A stretch of DNA of 63,741 nt, the filler included, from Octopus bimaculoides (Eukaryota): NCBI RefSeq assembly GCF_001194135.2. It is 4 parts of 3 records of this genome, joined end to end, with 100 filler letters (N's around TTAATTAATTAA, not from the genome) between each part and the next. Parts side by side here need not be neighbours in the genome. Positions count along the whole stretch, not along the records: positions 28,219 to 60,000 come from NC_068987.1; 3 more parts are not named here. One strand, given 5' to 3'. Below, in pieces: positions 39,225-52,500 of the stretch (position 1 is its first letter; every line of letters begins with the position of its first letter). Under the pieces are notes generated by a model, which was not told the DNA's origin, made no database searches, and was given only the letters and a program-made list of their open reading frames with translations. Both the position numbers and the translations under genes were made by a program.

Positions 39225-39415
39225 AGTACCAACCAGTGGCTCTCATGGCTTCTCATCTTAACTGATTGGAAGTGTTATTATGTACATTGTTTTGTATTGG
39301 CATAAAAGATGAGCTACAGCAAATATTCTGCTCAATACCACAGATTTGCTTGTCAGTTGTTTGACCTTAACCAGTTGAGCATGGCCCTTGGTGGCTGACG
39401 ATATGTGCATCTCTC
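39225..39415 (-). repeat. Unclassified repeat, third copy (fragment)
   Basis: Matches 32690-32875. Confidence 0.75.
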
Positions 39416-39459
39416 ATTGATTGAATAAGTACCAGTTATGCACTGGGGTCGATGTATTC

Positions 39460-39662
39460 AGGAGAGAGAGGAGGAGGAGATGGAGGAAGAGCAGAAGAAA
39501 GAGAAGGAGGAAGAGAGGGGGAGAGGAGGGGAGGAGGGGAGGAGGAAGAGGAGGAGGAGACTGACGATGATGATGGTAGAGGTAATGGTGGCGGTGGTGG
39601 TGGTCGTCGTCGTCGTCGTCGTCGTCGTCGTGGTAGGGGTCGTGGTCGTGGTCGTGGTGATT

Positions 39663-39739
<77 letters not shown>

Positions 39740-39893
39740 GATGTCGGCAGAAACAGACGTAACAAAACGAAATGGTTGCAAGACAGCGATAGAAGAACAT
39801 GAACATGAGCAAAACGACAAGAACAAGTCAACACAAGGGAAGGAAAAGTCACAAAGCATACGAGAAATAAAATTTGAAATGAGAGGTGGTTCT

Positions 39894-39953
<60 letters not shown>

Positions 39954-39995
39954 GTGAGAAAGATAGAGACAGACAGACAGAGACAGAGGGAGAGT
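39460..39995. repeat. Compound purine-rich microsatellites (GAG, GTC, GAAA, GA)
   Basis: Direct inspection. Confidence 0.9.
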
Positions 39996-40727
39996 GAGGG
40001 AGAGAGAAAAAAGAATAGTGAAAGAAACGTATTTCTCTATTAGATAAACAATTCTAGAACGACGCTTGAAATGTTAGCCGAGCTAACCTCAAACAGACAA
40101 TGTTTAAAGTTGGTATTTTTACTTGAATAAATCTCTGTTCGCATTGAAAAGGCGTTATTGTATTAGAAAATGTAGAAATGTATAGACTCAGTGCTGATAT
40201 ATTTGCAACACAAAATTAAGATGTTTCATCTTCGAGTCAAAACATCCTGTTTTCTATAAATGTTTCTCTTTTTTTTTTCTTTTTTTTTTTTTGGTACTTT
40301 NNNNNNNNNNNNNNNNNNNNNNNNNNNNNNNNNNNNNNNNNNNNNNNNNNNNNNNNNNNNNNNNNNNNNNNNNNNNNNNNNNNNNNNNNNNNNNNNNNNN
40401 NNNNNNNNNNNNNNNNNNNNNNNNNNNNNNNNNNNNNNNNNNNNNNNNNNNNNNNNNNNNNNNNNNNNNNNNNNNNNNNNNNNNNNNNNNNNNNNNNNNN
40501 NNNNNNNNNNNNNNNNNNNNNNNNNNNNNNNNNNNNNNNNNNNNNNNNNNNNNNNNNNNNNNNNNNNNNNNNNNNNNNNNNNNNNNNNNNNNNNNNNNNN
40601 NNNNNNNNNNNNNNNNNNNNNNNNNNNNNNNNNNNNNNNNNNNNNNNNNNNNNNNNNNNNNNNNNNNNNNNNNNNNNNNNNNNNNNNNNNNNNNNNNNNN
40701 NNNNNNNNNNNNNNNNNNNNNNNNNNA

Positions 40728-40817
40728 CATGAACTTCTAACTTGTTGTCTCTTGAGGTCTCTGGGTGAGACTTGGATCCAACTTGTACAAATGCAAAACA
40801 AAAGTCAAACATAAAAC

Positions 40818-40889
<72 letters not shown>

Positions 40890-41105
40890 GCCGGACATAG
40901 TCTTAATTGAGAAAAAGAACAAACTGTGCTGGATCATAGATATGGCATGCCCAGCTGACAATAAGGTATGTGATAAGGAAGAAAGAAAAGTTGAGAGATC
41001 TGACAGGTTAGCTTGGGAAGTTAAGCAGTTGTGGTCGATGAAAAAGGTAGCAGTAGTACCAATAATTGTCGGAGCCCTGGAAGCAGTGAGCAAAAATCTC
41101 GAGAA
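40728..41105 (+). mobile_element. Two tandem R4/Dong-like fragments joined by (AAT)n
   Basis: 40889-41105 encodes KPDIVLIEKKNKLCWIIDMACPAD...KEERKVERSDRLAWEVKQLW...VPIIVGAL (PD-(D/E)xK restriction-like endonuclease); 40728-40818 ends ...MNF* plus a short 3' UTR (assignment of this first piece is inferred). Confidence 0.75.
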
Positions 41106-41338
41106 GTTTTTTTTTTTTTTGTTTTGAGGACTTTGTTCCTTCAGACACCTTTTTATTTGATGTATGGTACTGTTGACTTTTCGAGAAAGGTATTTTCTAT
41201 GCACACCAGCCATCTTCGACGTACGCAGTTGAATAACTGCCCATTTACATAATACCTGGTTTGAAACCAATTGGTAAAATCGTTTTTAATGGATCTATGA
41301 TACTGTGTACTTTAATATGTATAGTATGTGTGTGTACG

Positions 41339-41370
<32 letters not shown>

Positions 41371-42357
41371 AACACACACATGTAGGTGTGCTTGAAATAT
41401 ATTCAAAGTGATTGAATTTGGATCTATTTGTCTGTTTATTGCAAGTAAGAAACTGTTTATCTGTTGGCAGCTACGCTATCGTTAAGGTCATTGAAACACC
41501 ATTAAATTGTTGCTTTATTCGTTGTATTCAATACATTCAATCTATATACAAACCATTATAACCAAAAGCCAGACGAAAGAGAGATAAAAACTGTGTGGTA
41601 GTTCGATCTACAAGTTATTATTAAATCATATGGTATTATAGGCTTTAAAAAAGACATTCTATACATTATTATCTGTATAAAATATGTCATGGTCATGGCT
41701 GGAACGTCTTTGGGCACAGATCTGCAACAACAACAGCAATAGTAACCATTATATGTATATATTTACCATTATCAGAGTTGCTCAAATAACAGCAGTTCAA
41801 TGTCAACTTGACCTTAGTTGACCTCAACATAAATCTAGCCCTGTTTTATTACTTATCTTCGAGTAAATGATTTGATTGATTGATAGTCATCTGATCGAAT
41901 AAAGTCACGGTTTATTTATTTCCAAGAGCATCCTCTTCTTAATGAGCAAGAGCTTCCTTTATGAAAAGTTCATTATGGATAATAATTAGACTTTTGGCTA
42001 GGATAGCTAAATGATACATCGGCTAAAAACTAGTTAGTTGTGTGTGATATGCTACATGCAGGAAGTAAAGTGAATAACGAGGCGTGTTTTGAAATAAACT
42101 CAGAGAACAGTACATTCTAGAATTTCAAAACCATTGTTCAGTTTGGCACATAAAACTATGTTTAATCAAGCATTGGTGTGTAATCAAGTGGGTTTCGCTT
42201 CGTTTCATTCAGAATAATTGAAGAAATGCCATAGGTATTTTCAAAAGCCGGGAATATCTGAAGAGATGGTGTAGGAATTACAGCTTTCAATTTGGAATCC
42301 AAACCCAGTAGCGTGTTTTATTTTTCGTTTATAGTATATGTGTGTGTGTGAGCAAGC

Positions 42358-42359
<2 letters not shown>

Positions 42360-42421
<62 letters not shown>

Positions 42422-42500
42422 GTCTGTCTATCTATCTATTTGTTTGTCTGTCTATGTATTTATCTATCTATCTAGCTAGATAGCTATCTACCTATCTATC
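42360..42500. repeat. (CTAT)n microsatellite
   Basis: Direct inspection. Confidence 0.95.
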
Positions 42501-42515
42501 TATATATCTGTATGC

Positions 42516-42553
<38 letters not shown>

Positions 42554-43584
42554 ATGNNNNNNNNNNNNNNNNNNNNNNNNNNNNNNNNNNNNNNNNNNNN
42601 NNNNNNNNNNNNNNNNNNNNNNNNNNNNNNNNNNNNNNNNNNNNNNNNNNNNNNNNNNNNNNNNNNNNNNNNNNNNNNNNNNNNNNNNNNNNNNNNNNNN
42701 NNNNNNNNNNNNNNNNNNNNNNNNNNNNNNNNNNNNNNNNNNNNNNNNNNNNNNNNNNNNNNNNNNNNNNNNNNNNNNNNNNNNNNNNNNNNNNNNNNNN
42801 NNNNNNNNNNNNNNNNNNNNNNNNNNNNNNNNNNNNNNNNNNNNNNNNNNNNNNNNNNNNNNNNNNNNNNNNNNNNNNNNNNNNNNNNNNNNNNNNNNNN
42901 NNNNNNNNNNNNNNNNNNNNNNNNNNNNNNNNNNNNNNNNNNNNNNNNNNNNNNNNNNNNNNNNNNNNNNNNNNNNNNNNNNNNNNNNNNNNNNNNNNNN
43001 NNNNNNNNNNNNNNNNNNNNNNNNNNNNNNNNNNNNNNNNNNNNNNNNNNNNNNNNNNNNNNNNNNNNNNNNNNNNNNNNNNNNNNNNNNNNNNNNNNNN
43101 NNNNNNNNNNNNNNNNNNNNNNNNNNNNNNNNNNNNNNNNNNNNNNNNNNNNNNNNNNNNNNNNNNNNNNNNNNNNNNNNNNNNNNNNNNNNNNNNNNNN
43201 NNNNNNNNNNNNNNNNNNNNNNNNNNNNNNNNNNNNNNNNNNNNNNNNNNNNNNNATATATATATATATATATATATACGTATGCATATATGTACGTATA
43301 CACATACATTCACGTGTGTATCTATGTGTGCAAAGATGTTTGTATGTGCGCGTGTGTGTGTGTGTGTGCGTATGTATATGCGTACGCATACGCTTGAGTA
43401 CATTTTGGTAGAAGTGAATTAAACGCTACATCGACTAACGCCCAGAAACTTGAAAAATATTTGATGATTATCAAGTTTTGGAATATTTTGTTCCTTGTAT
43501 TTCTGCCTCTGATGGCGTTTACCTGGGAATATTTCACGTGTAAATTAAGCAAGTGTCTTCCTTATTAATTCCACTTCGTTGTTT

Positions 43585-43656
43585 AACTATAGGTAAACTA
43601 TAGGTAAACTATAGGTAAACTATAGGTAAACTATAGGTAAACTATAGGTAAACTAT
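43585..43656 (+). repeat. Perfect 11-bp minisatellite (AACTATAGGTA) x6.5
   Basis: Six identical units plus AACTAT. Confidence 0.95.
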
Positions 43657-43974
43657 GACTATCCCTTAAACGATGAAATATAAAGAGTCTGTAGTTTGGC
43701 TGTAAATATATTTCTGGTTTGAAAGAGATTTGCTGCCATCTCTAGCAGGGCAAGTGACTACGTAGTGGCTCCATCATTAGCTCTACGATATTGCAGGATA
43801 ATGGATGATCCTTGATGACATAATATAAAAAGTAGGTTCTGTGTGTGATCTTGGGGGTTCCAAAAACGTAATAATTACACTAAAGCTAGACCACAAGTTT
43901 ATAATGACATTGATAAAGAAGCAAGCATCATCGCCGCTAGGGTTAAATTAGAAAAAAAAAAGAATAGAGGTCCT

Positions 43975-44668
43975 CCCCTCAAAAAGAGGCCTTTATAACT
44001 ATTAAAGACCATAAAAAGAACTTTCTATCTAATCCTAAATGTAGACTTATTAACCCAGTAAAATCAGAAATTGGTATTATTAGTAAAGAAATTTTAGGAA
44101 AAATCAATGCTAAAGTCAGAAATGCTACTAGGTTAGTACAATGGTCTAATAGTATAAAAGCCGTTGACTGGTCTAAAACCATTAGGAATAAAAATAAAGC
44201 GAGATTTACACAATTTGATATTGTAAATTTCTATGCTTCTATATCTAAGGAACTGCTCGATAAAGCCCTTCGCTAGCGAATTTATAAAAATTATTTCACA
44301 AGATAAGGACAATATTCCATGCTAGAAAGGCATTACTCTTCGGTGAGAACGTAGAGTGGTTTAAGACCACCGATACAGAGGGTGCTTTCGATGTGAGCAT
44401 GGGATCATATGATGGAGCAGGCATATGCGATCTCATTGGACTATTCTTACTCGATACGTTGGGTAAAACTTTTCCTGGTATATATTTCGCCATTTATAAA
44501 GATGATGCTCTGGATTTAACCACAAACACCAATGGACCAGCGCAAGATCGGTTTAGGAAGGACATTATCCAAATGATGAAAACATTCGATCTTAGCATAA
44601 CAATAAATACCAACCCGACAGTTGTCAATTTTCTAGATGTATCTTTAGATTTAAATAAGAATATTTAA
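43975..44668 (+). mobile_element. Penelope-like element, reverse transcriptase remnant
   Basis: ITIKDHKKNFLSNPKCRLINPVKSEIG; TQFDIVNFYASIS; SMGSYDGAGICDLIGLFLL; IYKDDAL; VNFLDVSLDL, with stops and frameshift. Confidence 0.9.
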
Positions 44669-45294
44669 AGAATTAAGGGTTTTGAATTATTAGAATGTTA
44701 GTGCACCATAATTTAAGGCTATAACTCGCTAATTTCCAGCCAAATATTGATGCAGTCACTAGTGTTCATCAAATATTTCCATTATATCAATGTACGGCTG
44801 AATTTTTTTGTTCGTTATTAATTTCGTTAAGTATTTTATTAAATTTCTTTAAATTCTTATTATTAAAAATGTCACAAATGAACAAGCAATTATTGCTTTT
44901 TAGACAATATTTTTTGTATTAATTATAATATTTAATTTCATTTTAGAAATTTACATGATGGAGGTTAATAAGTTATCAACGATTTCTTAAAGCAGTCGAT
45001 GATGTATGAAGTTTGTCGACCCCTGATCTTGAGCATTTAAAATCTATAAGCAACACGATAGATGACTGCAATAAAATATCTAATGGACCATTTTTGGAAA
45101 ATACTGACGATGTGGACAAGAGTGGAACTAGTATTTAAAACAAACTGGTGAACACAACCGTCATGTTTCAGTCTTGTTGAACCTCCTCAGAGAAGCATAT
45201 TCTTCTCTGTTAGCAAGAGCCACTCCATCTACATTGCTTATATATGTTTTGAAATTTTGATTTAGATGGTTTTTATCACCCTTTCATCATTATT

Positions 45295-45572
45295 TTTTAC
45301 TTCTTTCTATCATTGGACAGCACTCATGCTGGGGCACCGCCTTGAAGAGTAATAGTCGAACAAATTGACCACAACACTTATGTTTTTGCTTGTTTTTTTT
45401 AAGTCTGGTAGTTATTCTATCGGTCTCTTTTGACAAACCGCCGAGTTTCTGGGACGTAAACAAACCAATACCGGATGTCAAGCGGCAAGTTTAGGTAAAA
45501 GAAACAAAATACAATGACACACACACGCATAGACCAATATACGCTACTGTGTGTATGTATGTGTGTGAATAA

Positions 45573-45611
<39 letters not shown>

Positions 45612-45762
45612 GGGCTTCCACAGTTTCCGCCTACCATATTCACTCACAAGACATTTGTCGGTCCGAGCTGTAATAAAAGACAGCTGCCCAAGATGTCGTG
45701 CAGTGGAACTGAATCTGAAACCTCGAAGTGACAAAGCTAGTTTCCTAATCGCACAACCATAA
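45295..45762 (-). mobile_element. SINE family B (diverged)
   Basis: Collinear with other B copies; internal (CA)n. Confidence 0.75.
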
Positions 45763-46239
45763 TTGCATTCTTGTTGGTTCTTGGTTTGTTGAGCATTTTT
45801 CATTTGTAGATTTTCAAAATCCTCTCTGAAGAGAGTTTGTGTCTACTAATCGCACGGATATCAGTTAATCGAAGTTTTGTCTGGTTTTTGTTGTTTTTTT
45901 TTTTCAGTTCACTATATTACACATTGCAGCGTGAGCTCCTTTGTAACTTAAATAGCTTACCTTTTCTTCGCGGCCATTTATTCAGACATGTAAACAGAGA
46001 CACTATGTACAAAAGGCTTATGATTATACACACAATAAGTATGAGAGAGGGATGACAGAAAAGGAGAGGGGGAGGAGAGAGGAGGAAGAGGAGAGAAGAG
46101 GAAAGGGAGAGAGATGGAGGGAGCGTATGTTGAGTAGAAGATGGTGAATTCTGCATGGATGAATAAATATTGGAGAGATGAAATTACGTAGCTTCACAGA
46201 GATATATGAACTCAGACATAAATCTCTGGTAGATGTGTG

Positions 46240-46320
46240 TGTATTTTGGTATACATAGACGCATAGTTGTGCACACATATAGACATTACACAAATATATA
46301 TATATATGTATATATATATG

Positions 46321-46352
<32 letters not shown>

Positions 46353-46357
46353 TGTAT

Positions 46358-46435
<78 letters not shown>

Positions 46436-46457
46436 TTATACATACAGAAATCGATGT

Positions 46458-46494
<37 letters not shown>

Positions 46495-46790
46495 ATATAT
46501 ACATATACATACACATATATAAACGTATGTGCGTGTGTGTATACACGCATACATATATGCTATGCATGTGTGCACATTCATATATATATATATATGAATG
46601 TACATATATGTATGTATGTATGTATGTATGAATATGTATGCATATATGTATATATGTATATATGTCTGTATATATGTATATATATATGTATGTATCTGTA
46701 TATATTTAAGCGCGCGCACACACACACACACACACATACACACATACACTCACACACACATACACACATACACTCACACACACAAGCACA
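46240..46790. repeat. Compound (TA/TG/CA)n microsatellite
   Basis: Direct inspection. Confidence 0.9.
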
Positions 46791-48457
46791 TTCGCGAATA
46801 GGACCACGTAACCGCTGAGATAGATAGTTAGATAGTCAGAGCGAGACAGATGTATGGGAGAAAATGAAGGAATCGCTGACTGGCTGGATAGATAAATTAT
46901 TGATAGATAGATAAATAGGTAGATATCATAGATTCTGTTGCTTAATCGTGCGGAACCAACTTAACAATACACAAATTAACGGTTTAATACACATGCTAAG
47001 CAACTATATTAAATTTGGTGAAAACCAGTTATCAATAGGAGCCATTGATCTCTTCCTCACACTTGTACGATCAAACAACTATTATTCTTTACCTCTGTAT
47101 AAACTATATTATTCGCTTCTCACTCTCTCTTTCTTTACCTCTTCCTCCTCTCTTTCTCTGCTTCTCGTTCGCTTATCTGTATATCCTTTTTATTTGTTTC
47201 AACGTCTCCCATTTCGTAAAGTATATGGTGGGAAGGTTTTTTTTCGCATTGCAACTAAGTAAATTTCGGTTCGATCTCTACGTAGTTTGGCAACTTAGAC
47301 AATTCGATTAAAGTACATTCACCGTTTGGGCTGCCTGATGTCATCCACAGTTACGGCGTATATATAGTGTAAGATCTTTTATACCAAACACCTGAGGGGA
47401 CACAGACTACACTGCAACACAACTAGCTGCACAATATCCTACAAGATACTGACAGCTGCAGAATAGACTGAAACGTTCGTCACGTTGAATAAAGAATCGT
47501 ACCAAATCCATTTTCTGTTTCCCTCATCAATGATATATATATATATATANNNNNNNNNNNNNNNNNNNNNNNNNNNNNNNNNNNNNNNNNNNNNNNNNNN
47601 NNNNNNNNNNNNNNNNNNNNNNNNNNNNNNNNNNNNNNNNNNNNNNNNNNNNNNNNNNNNNNNNNNNNNNNNNNNNNNNNNNNNNNNNNNNNNNNNNNNN
47701 NNNNNNNNNNNNNNNNNNNNNNNNNNNNNNNNNNNNNNNNNNNNNNNNNNNNNNNNNNNNNNNNNNNNNNNNNNNNNNNNNNNNNNNNNNNNNNNNNNNN
47801 NNNNNNNNNNNNNNNNNNNNNNNNNNNNNNNNNNNNNNNNNNNNNNNNNNNNNNNNNNNNNNNNNNNNNNNNNNNNNNNNNNNNNNNNNNNNNNNNNNNN
47901 NNNNNNNNNNNNNNNNNNNNNNNNNNNNNNNNNNNNNNNNNNNNNNNNNNNNNNNNNNNNNNNNNNNNNNNNNNNNNNNNNNNNNNNNNNNNNNNNNNNN
48001 NNNNNNNNNNNNNNNNNNNNNNNNNNNNNNNNNNNNNNNNNNNNNNNNNNNNNNNNNNNNNNNNNNNNNNNNNNNNNNNNNNNNNNNNNNNNNNNNNNNN
48101 NNNNNNNNNNNNNNNNNNNNNNNNNNNNNNNNNNNNNNNNNNNNNNNNNNNNNNNNNNNNNNNNNNNNNNNNNNNNNNNNNNNNNNNNNNNNNNNNNNNN
48201 NNNNNNNNNNNNNNNNNNNNNNNNNNNNNNNNNNNNNNNNNNNNNNNNNNNNNNNNNNNNNNNNNNNNNNNNNNNNNNNNNNNNNNNNNNNNNNNNNNNN
48301 NNNNNNNNNNNNNNNNNNNNNNNNNNNNNNNNNNNNNNNNNNNNNNNNNNNNNNNNNNNNNNNNNNNNNNNNNNNNNNNNNNNNNNNNNNNNNNNNNNNN
48401 NNNNNNNNNNNNNNNNNNNNNNNNNNNNNNNNNNNNNNNNNNNNNNNNNNNNNNNNN

Positions 48458-48489
<32 letters not shown>

Positions 48490-48690
48490 GCATGTATTTG
48501 CTTATCTGCGTTTGTTCTTGCACCATCGCTAGACAACCGAATGCGGTTCGTAACTTAGCGGTTCGGCATAAAAAAACCGATAGAATAAGTACTACGCTTA
48601 CAAAGAATAAGTCCTGGGGTCGATTTCTTCAACTCAAAGGCAGTGCTCCAGCATGGCCGCAGTCGAATGACTGAAACAAATAAAAGAAAA
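48490..48690 (+). mobile_element. SINE family B, 3' half
   Basis: GTAACTTAGCGGTTCGGC...GCTCCAGCATGGCCGCAGTC tail. Confidence 0.8.
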
Positions 48691-48799
48691 ATTAATATAT
48701 ATATATATAACTGTATAATAATATATATTTTCCGATTTGAAGCGACAATTTTTAAATAAAAACAAATGACCGAAAAAAATGACCGTCATTTTGCTGCAC

Positions 48800-49090
48800 T
48801 TTTATTACTGAGAGCCTCCTCCAATATGTGGCACTTGGTGCAGAATGGAGTTTGATGTAGCTACCCTCATCTGCACCTCTTGCTGTGAGGTAGGTTCATC
48901 TGGGACTCTCGACAGGAAGAGGTCCAGCTTCGATTTAAAAACGCTTACATCTACTTTGTGCAGGCACCTCAGGCTCTTTGGGAGAATATTAAAAAGCTGT
49001 GGGCCCCTGAAATCCAAGCGGTTGCAGTAACTGGTCCTGAAGCGCCATGGTGTTACTGAGATCTTTGGCATTATGCAGTGTCGTCCCGTT
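48800..49090 (-). mobile_element. CR1-group LINE 3' end
   Basis: FRGPQLFNILPKSLRCL...FKSKLDLFLSRVPDEP, a typical CR1/L2-group C-terminus. Confidence 0.8.
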
Positions 49091-49629
49091 CTGGCATATA
49101 TATATATATATATATATGTGTGTGTNNNNNNNNNNNNNNNNNNNNNNNNNNNNNNNNNNNNNNNNNNNNNNNNNNNNNNNNNNNNNNNNNNNNNNNNNNN
49201 NNNNNNNNNNNNNNNNNNNNNNNNNNNNNNNNNNNNNNNNNNNNNNNNNNNNNNNNNNNNNNNNNNNNNNNNNNNNNNNNNNNNNNNNNNNNNNNNNNNN
49301 NNNNNNNNNNNNNNNNNNNNNNNNNNNNNNNNNNNNNNNNNNNNNNNNNNNNNNNNNNNNNNNNNNNNNNNNNNNNNNNNNNNNNNNNNNNNNNNNNNNN
49401 NNNNNNNNNNNNNNNNNNNNNNNNNNNNNNNNNNNNNNNNNNNNNNNNNNNNNNNNNNNNNNNNNNNNNNNNNNNNNNNNNNNNNNNNNNNNNNNNNNNN
49501 NNNNNNNNNNNNNNNNNNNNNNNNNNNNNNNNNNNNNNNNCTTTGTTTTCATATCATCAACGTGATCAACAGGCAATCAATCATATGACCATGAGTTGTC
49601 GCAGACTAGTAACTGATGGTATAAGTAGC

Positions 49630-49667
49630 AGCGATAGATAATGTTGGTAAGGATGATGATGATGATG

Positions 49668-49707
<40 letters not shown>

Positions 49708-50900
49708 CCATCATCACCGCCACCATCATCATCATCATCATCATGGTGATCTTAATAGTTGTTAGTCGTGGGTGAAGTAGTGGCGGTGGTAGTGACGATG
49801 GTGGTGGTAATATTTATAAACATCATTATCGTGGTGGTGGTGGTGGTGGTGGTGGTGGTGGTGGTGGTNNNNNNNNNNNNNNNNNNNNNNNNNNNNNNNN
49901 NNNNNNNNNNNNNNNNNNNNNNNNNNNNNNNNNNNNNNNNNNNNNNNNNNNNNNNNNNNNNNNNNNNNNNNNNNNNNNNNNNNNNNNNNNNNNNNNNNNN
50001 NNNNNNNNNNNNNNNNNNNNNNNNNNNNNNNNNNNNNNNNNNNNNNNNNNNNNNNNNNNNNNNNNNNNNNNNNNNNNNNNNNNNNNNNNNNNNNNNNNNN
50101 GGAGGACGAGGAGGAGGGGGAGGAGGGGGGGAGGGGGAGGACGACGACGACGACGAGGAGGACGACGACGACGAGGAGGACGAGGAGGAGGAGGACGACG
50201 ACGACGAGGAGGACGAGGAGGACGAGGAGGACGAGGAGGACAAGGACGAGTAAAAGGAGTATGGTAGCGATGTTTGTGCTTAATGATAATGAGGCCTTCT
50301 TTACCCTACACTCTTCGTTGACATCTGAATTGCATGATATAAAAATCCCGACTTCAGTAATACTTTAGGGAAAAGCAGATACGTCACGAATTTGCTTCAA
50401 CCTTAAAAAATAAAATATTATTACACACTAATCTTATATCAACATGCTTCATCACCATCAACATAATTAGCCATTCTTCCTTCACCTCTTTTTCCACCTC
50501 ATCATCTTTATCATCGCCGTCATCACCACCATCGTCGTTGACAACGCCATCATCATCGTAGTCACTGGTATCGTCGTTGTCATCATAATCATCGCCGTCA
50601 TGGTCATCATCATCATCATCATCATCATCGTCATCTTCGTCATCATGAACAAAAACTACATTCTTGTCATCATTCTTTTCACTACACTTTCTACTGTCAT
50701 TGTTGATGATGATGATGATGACGACGACGACGACGACGACGATGATGATGATGATGATGACGACGACGTAGAGGAGGAGGTGGAGGATGAAGATAATGAG
50801 GAGGAGGAGGACGACGACGACGAGAAGGAGGTGGAGGAGGAGAAGGCCTACGACGGCGACGATGATGACGTTAATGATGACGATGATGATGATGATATAT
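49630..50900. repeat. Compound trinucleotide microsatellites (GAT/CAT/GGT/GAG/GAC)
   Basis: Direct inspection; source of the poly-D/E/S ORFs. Confidence 0.9.
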
Positions 50901-51796
50901 GACGAAGATGATATATTTCGGGCCCTTGTGACCCAAGACATTGAGAACAATATCAAAGGACAAAATACAATGTACAAAGGTTGGGGTTAACATCAATCAA
51001 ACGGACATCAGTAACAATAAAGATATAACAAACAGACTTGTAAAAAATGAATTCAAAAACTGTTCAACATGAAAAGTTGTCTGGGCTTATTAGTAATTCG
51101 GGGTAAACCTCACACTAAGAATGACCCGGATTGCTTTACTGTCTCGAATTCATCGAAAGTGCCATCTTCCATTTACTTTCCTCCTACTTAGTATAGTATA
51201 GTCAGAGTCTGCCTGTCTTGTCTTGTCACTGTCAACCATTTTTGATAAACGTACAATGATACAGTACCTGCCTCTCTACCCTCCTTCCCCTTCAAATGTT
51301 ACTCAGAGAAACTGATGAAAGCTTAACTATGTCAGAAACCCCTATCTTCAAATCTTCGCTACTACCACAAAGCAGAGTAAGATTTGATTCCCTTCTAGAC
51401 CGAGGGAAGAGGACGCGTCGATCTCCGTCTATATTCTTGGCGCACATCCGGATTCGACCTACATCTAACTGCAACTGTCCGACACAATCTCACAAGTTGC
51501 TAATGTACAAATATTATGCAAGACGATTTCGTTGCCTTGCACACACCTCGTGCAGGTTCGGTTGTGAGCATTTCTGCACCTGAACAATTTGTGTAACACA
51601 GGTAAGGCTCATCCCGTAGCACTGCCGTGTGAAAGACTTTTGAAAGTTGTTCATAGCCTCTGATGCCCAGAGCCCATCATCGCTCACACTCTCAACACAC
51701 TAAAGAAAGCTAGAGTTGGTTTCCCACCGACGGTCTTGTCTCACCAGTCTAGTATTGTAAGCGTTCGGTAATATTCTAGATGGCAAGCCCAGAACC

Positions 51797-51808
51797 CATG
51801 ATGATGTC

Positions 51809-51859
<51 letters not shown>

Positions 51860-51965
51860 ATGGTGATTTCATTTATTTGCCATGGGTGCATCAAATGAGG
51901 GAGAGACGACGATTTGCTAGTTATGATAATAATAATAATCATGATGATGATGTTGATGATGATGA

Positions 51966-51998
<33 letters not shown>

Positions 51999-52050
51999 AG
52001 ATGATGAGGAGGAGGAGGAGGAAGAGGAGAATAATTTCGGTGATGGTGGC

Positions 52051-52094
<44 letters not shown>

Positions 52095-52325
52095 CGGCGA
52101 CAGCGGCAGAGTAGGTGATAGCTGCGGCATATGTGACGGCAGCGGTGGAACAGCTATGGTCGTTGTGATCGTCGTGGTAGTGATGACAGTGGCGTTGGTG
52201 ATCGCCGTCGTGGTAAGGAGGGTGAGAATGATGGTGATAAAGATGATGATGATGATGATGCTTATTATTGCTTGTCGTTGTTGTTATTGTAATTATTATC
52301 ATTATTGTTATTATCATTATTATTA

Positions 52326-52372
<47 letters not shown>

Positions 52373-52500
52373 TTGAAGACAACCACGACATCAATAATAA
52401 TAAAAGCCATTGCCGTTCACCTTAACCCCTACACCACCCCCATCACTACCAACGCCACTACCGCCACCACTACCACTACCATCAAACCCCGCCCCCAACC
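51797..52500. repeat. Compound (GAT/GAC/TAT)n region containing a ~45-bp Tx1-like 3' tip at 51866-51910
   Basis: GATTTCATTTATTTGCCA at 51866 matches the terminus at 38578-38595. Confidence 0.75.

Noticed and set aside
43585-43656. CRISPR-like array
   Set aside because: Contiguous 11-bp units with no spacers, in eukaryotic DNA with no cas genes.
47330-47470. TATA box plus CRE-like TGATGTCA promoter
   Set aside because: Such motifs are frequent by chance here and no downstream gene is supported.
51311-51340. CTGATGA...GAAAC hammerhead-like boxes
   Set aside because: No stem II pairing and no stem III/I; chance match.
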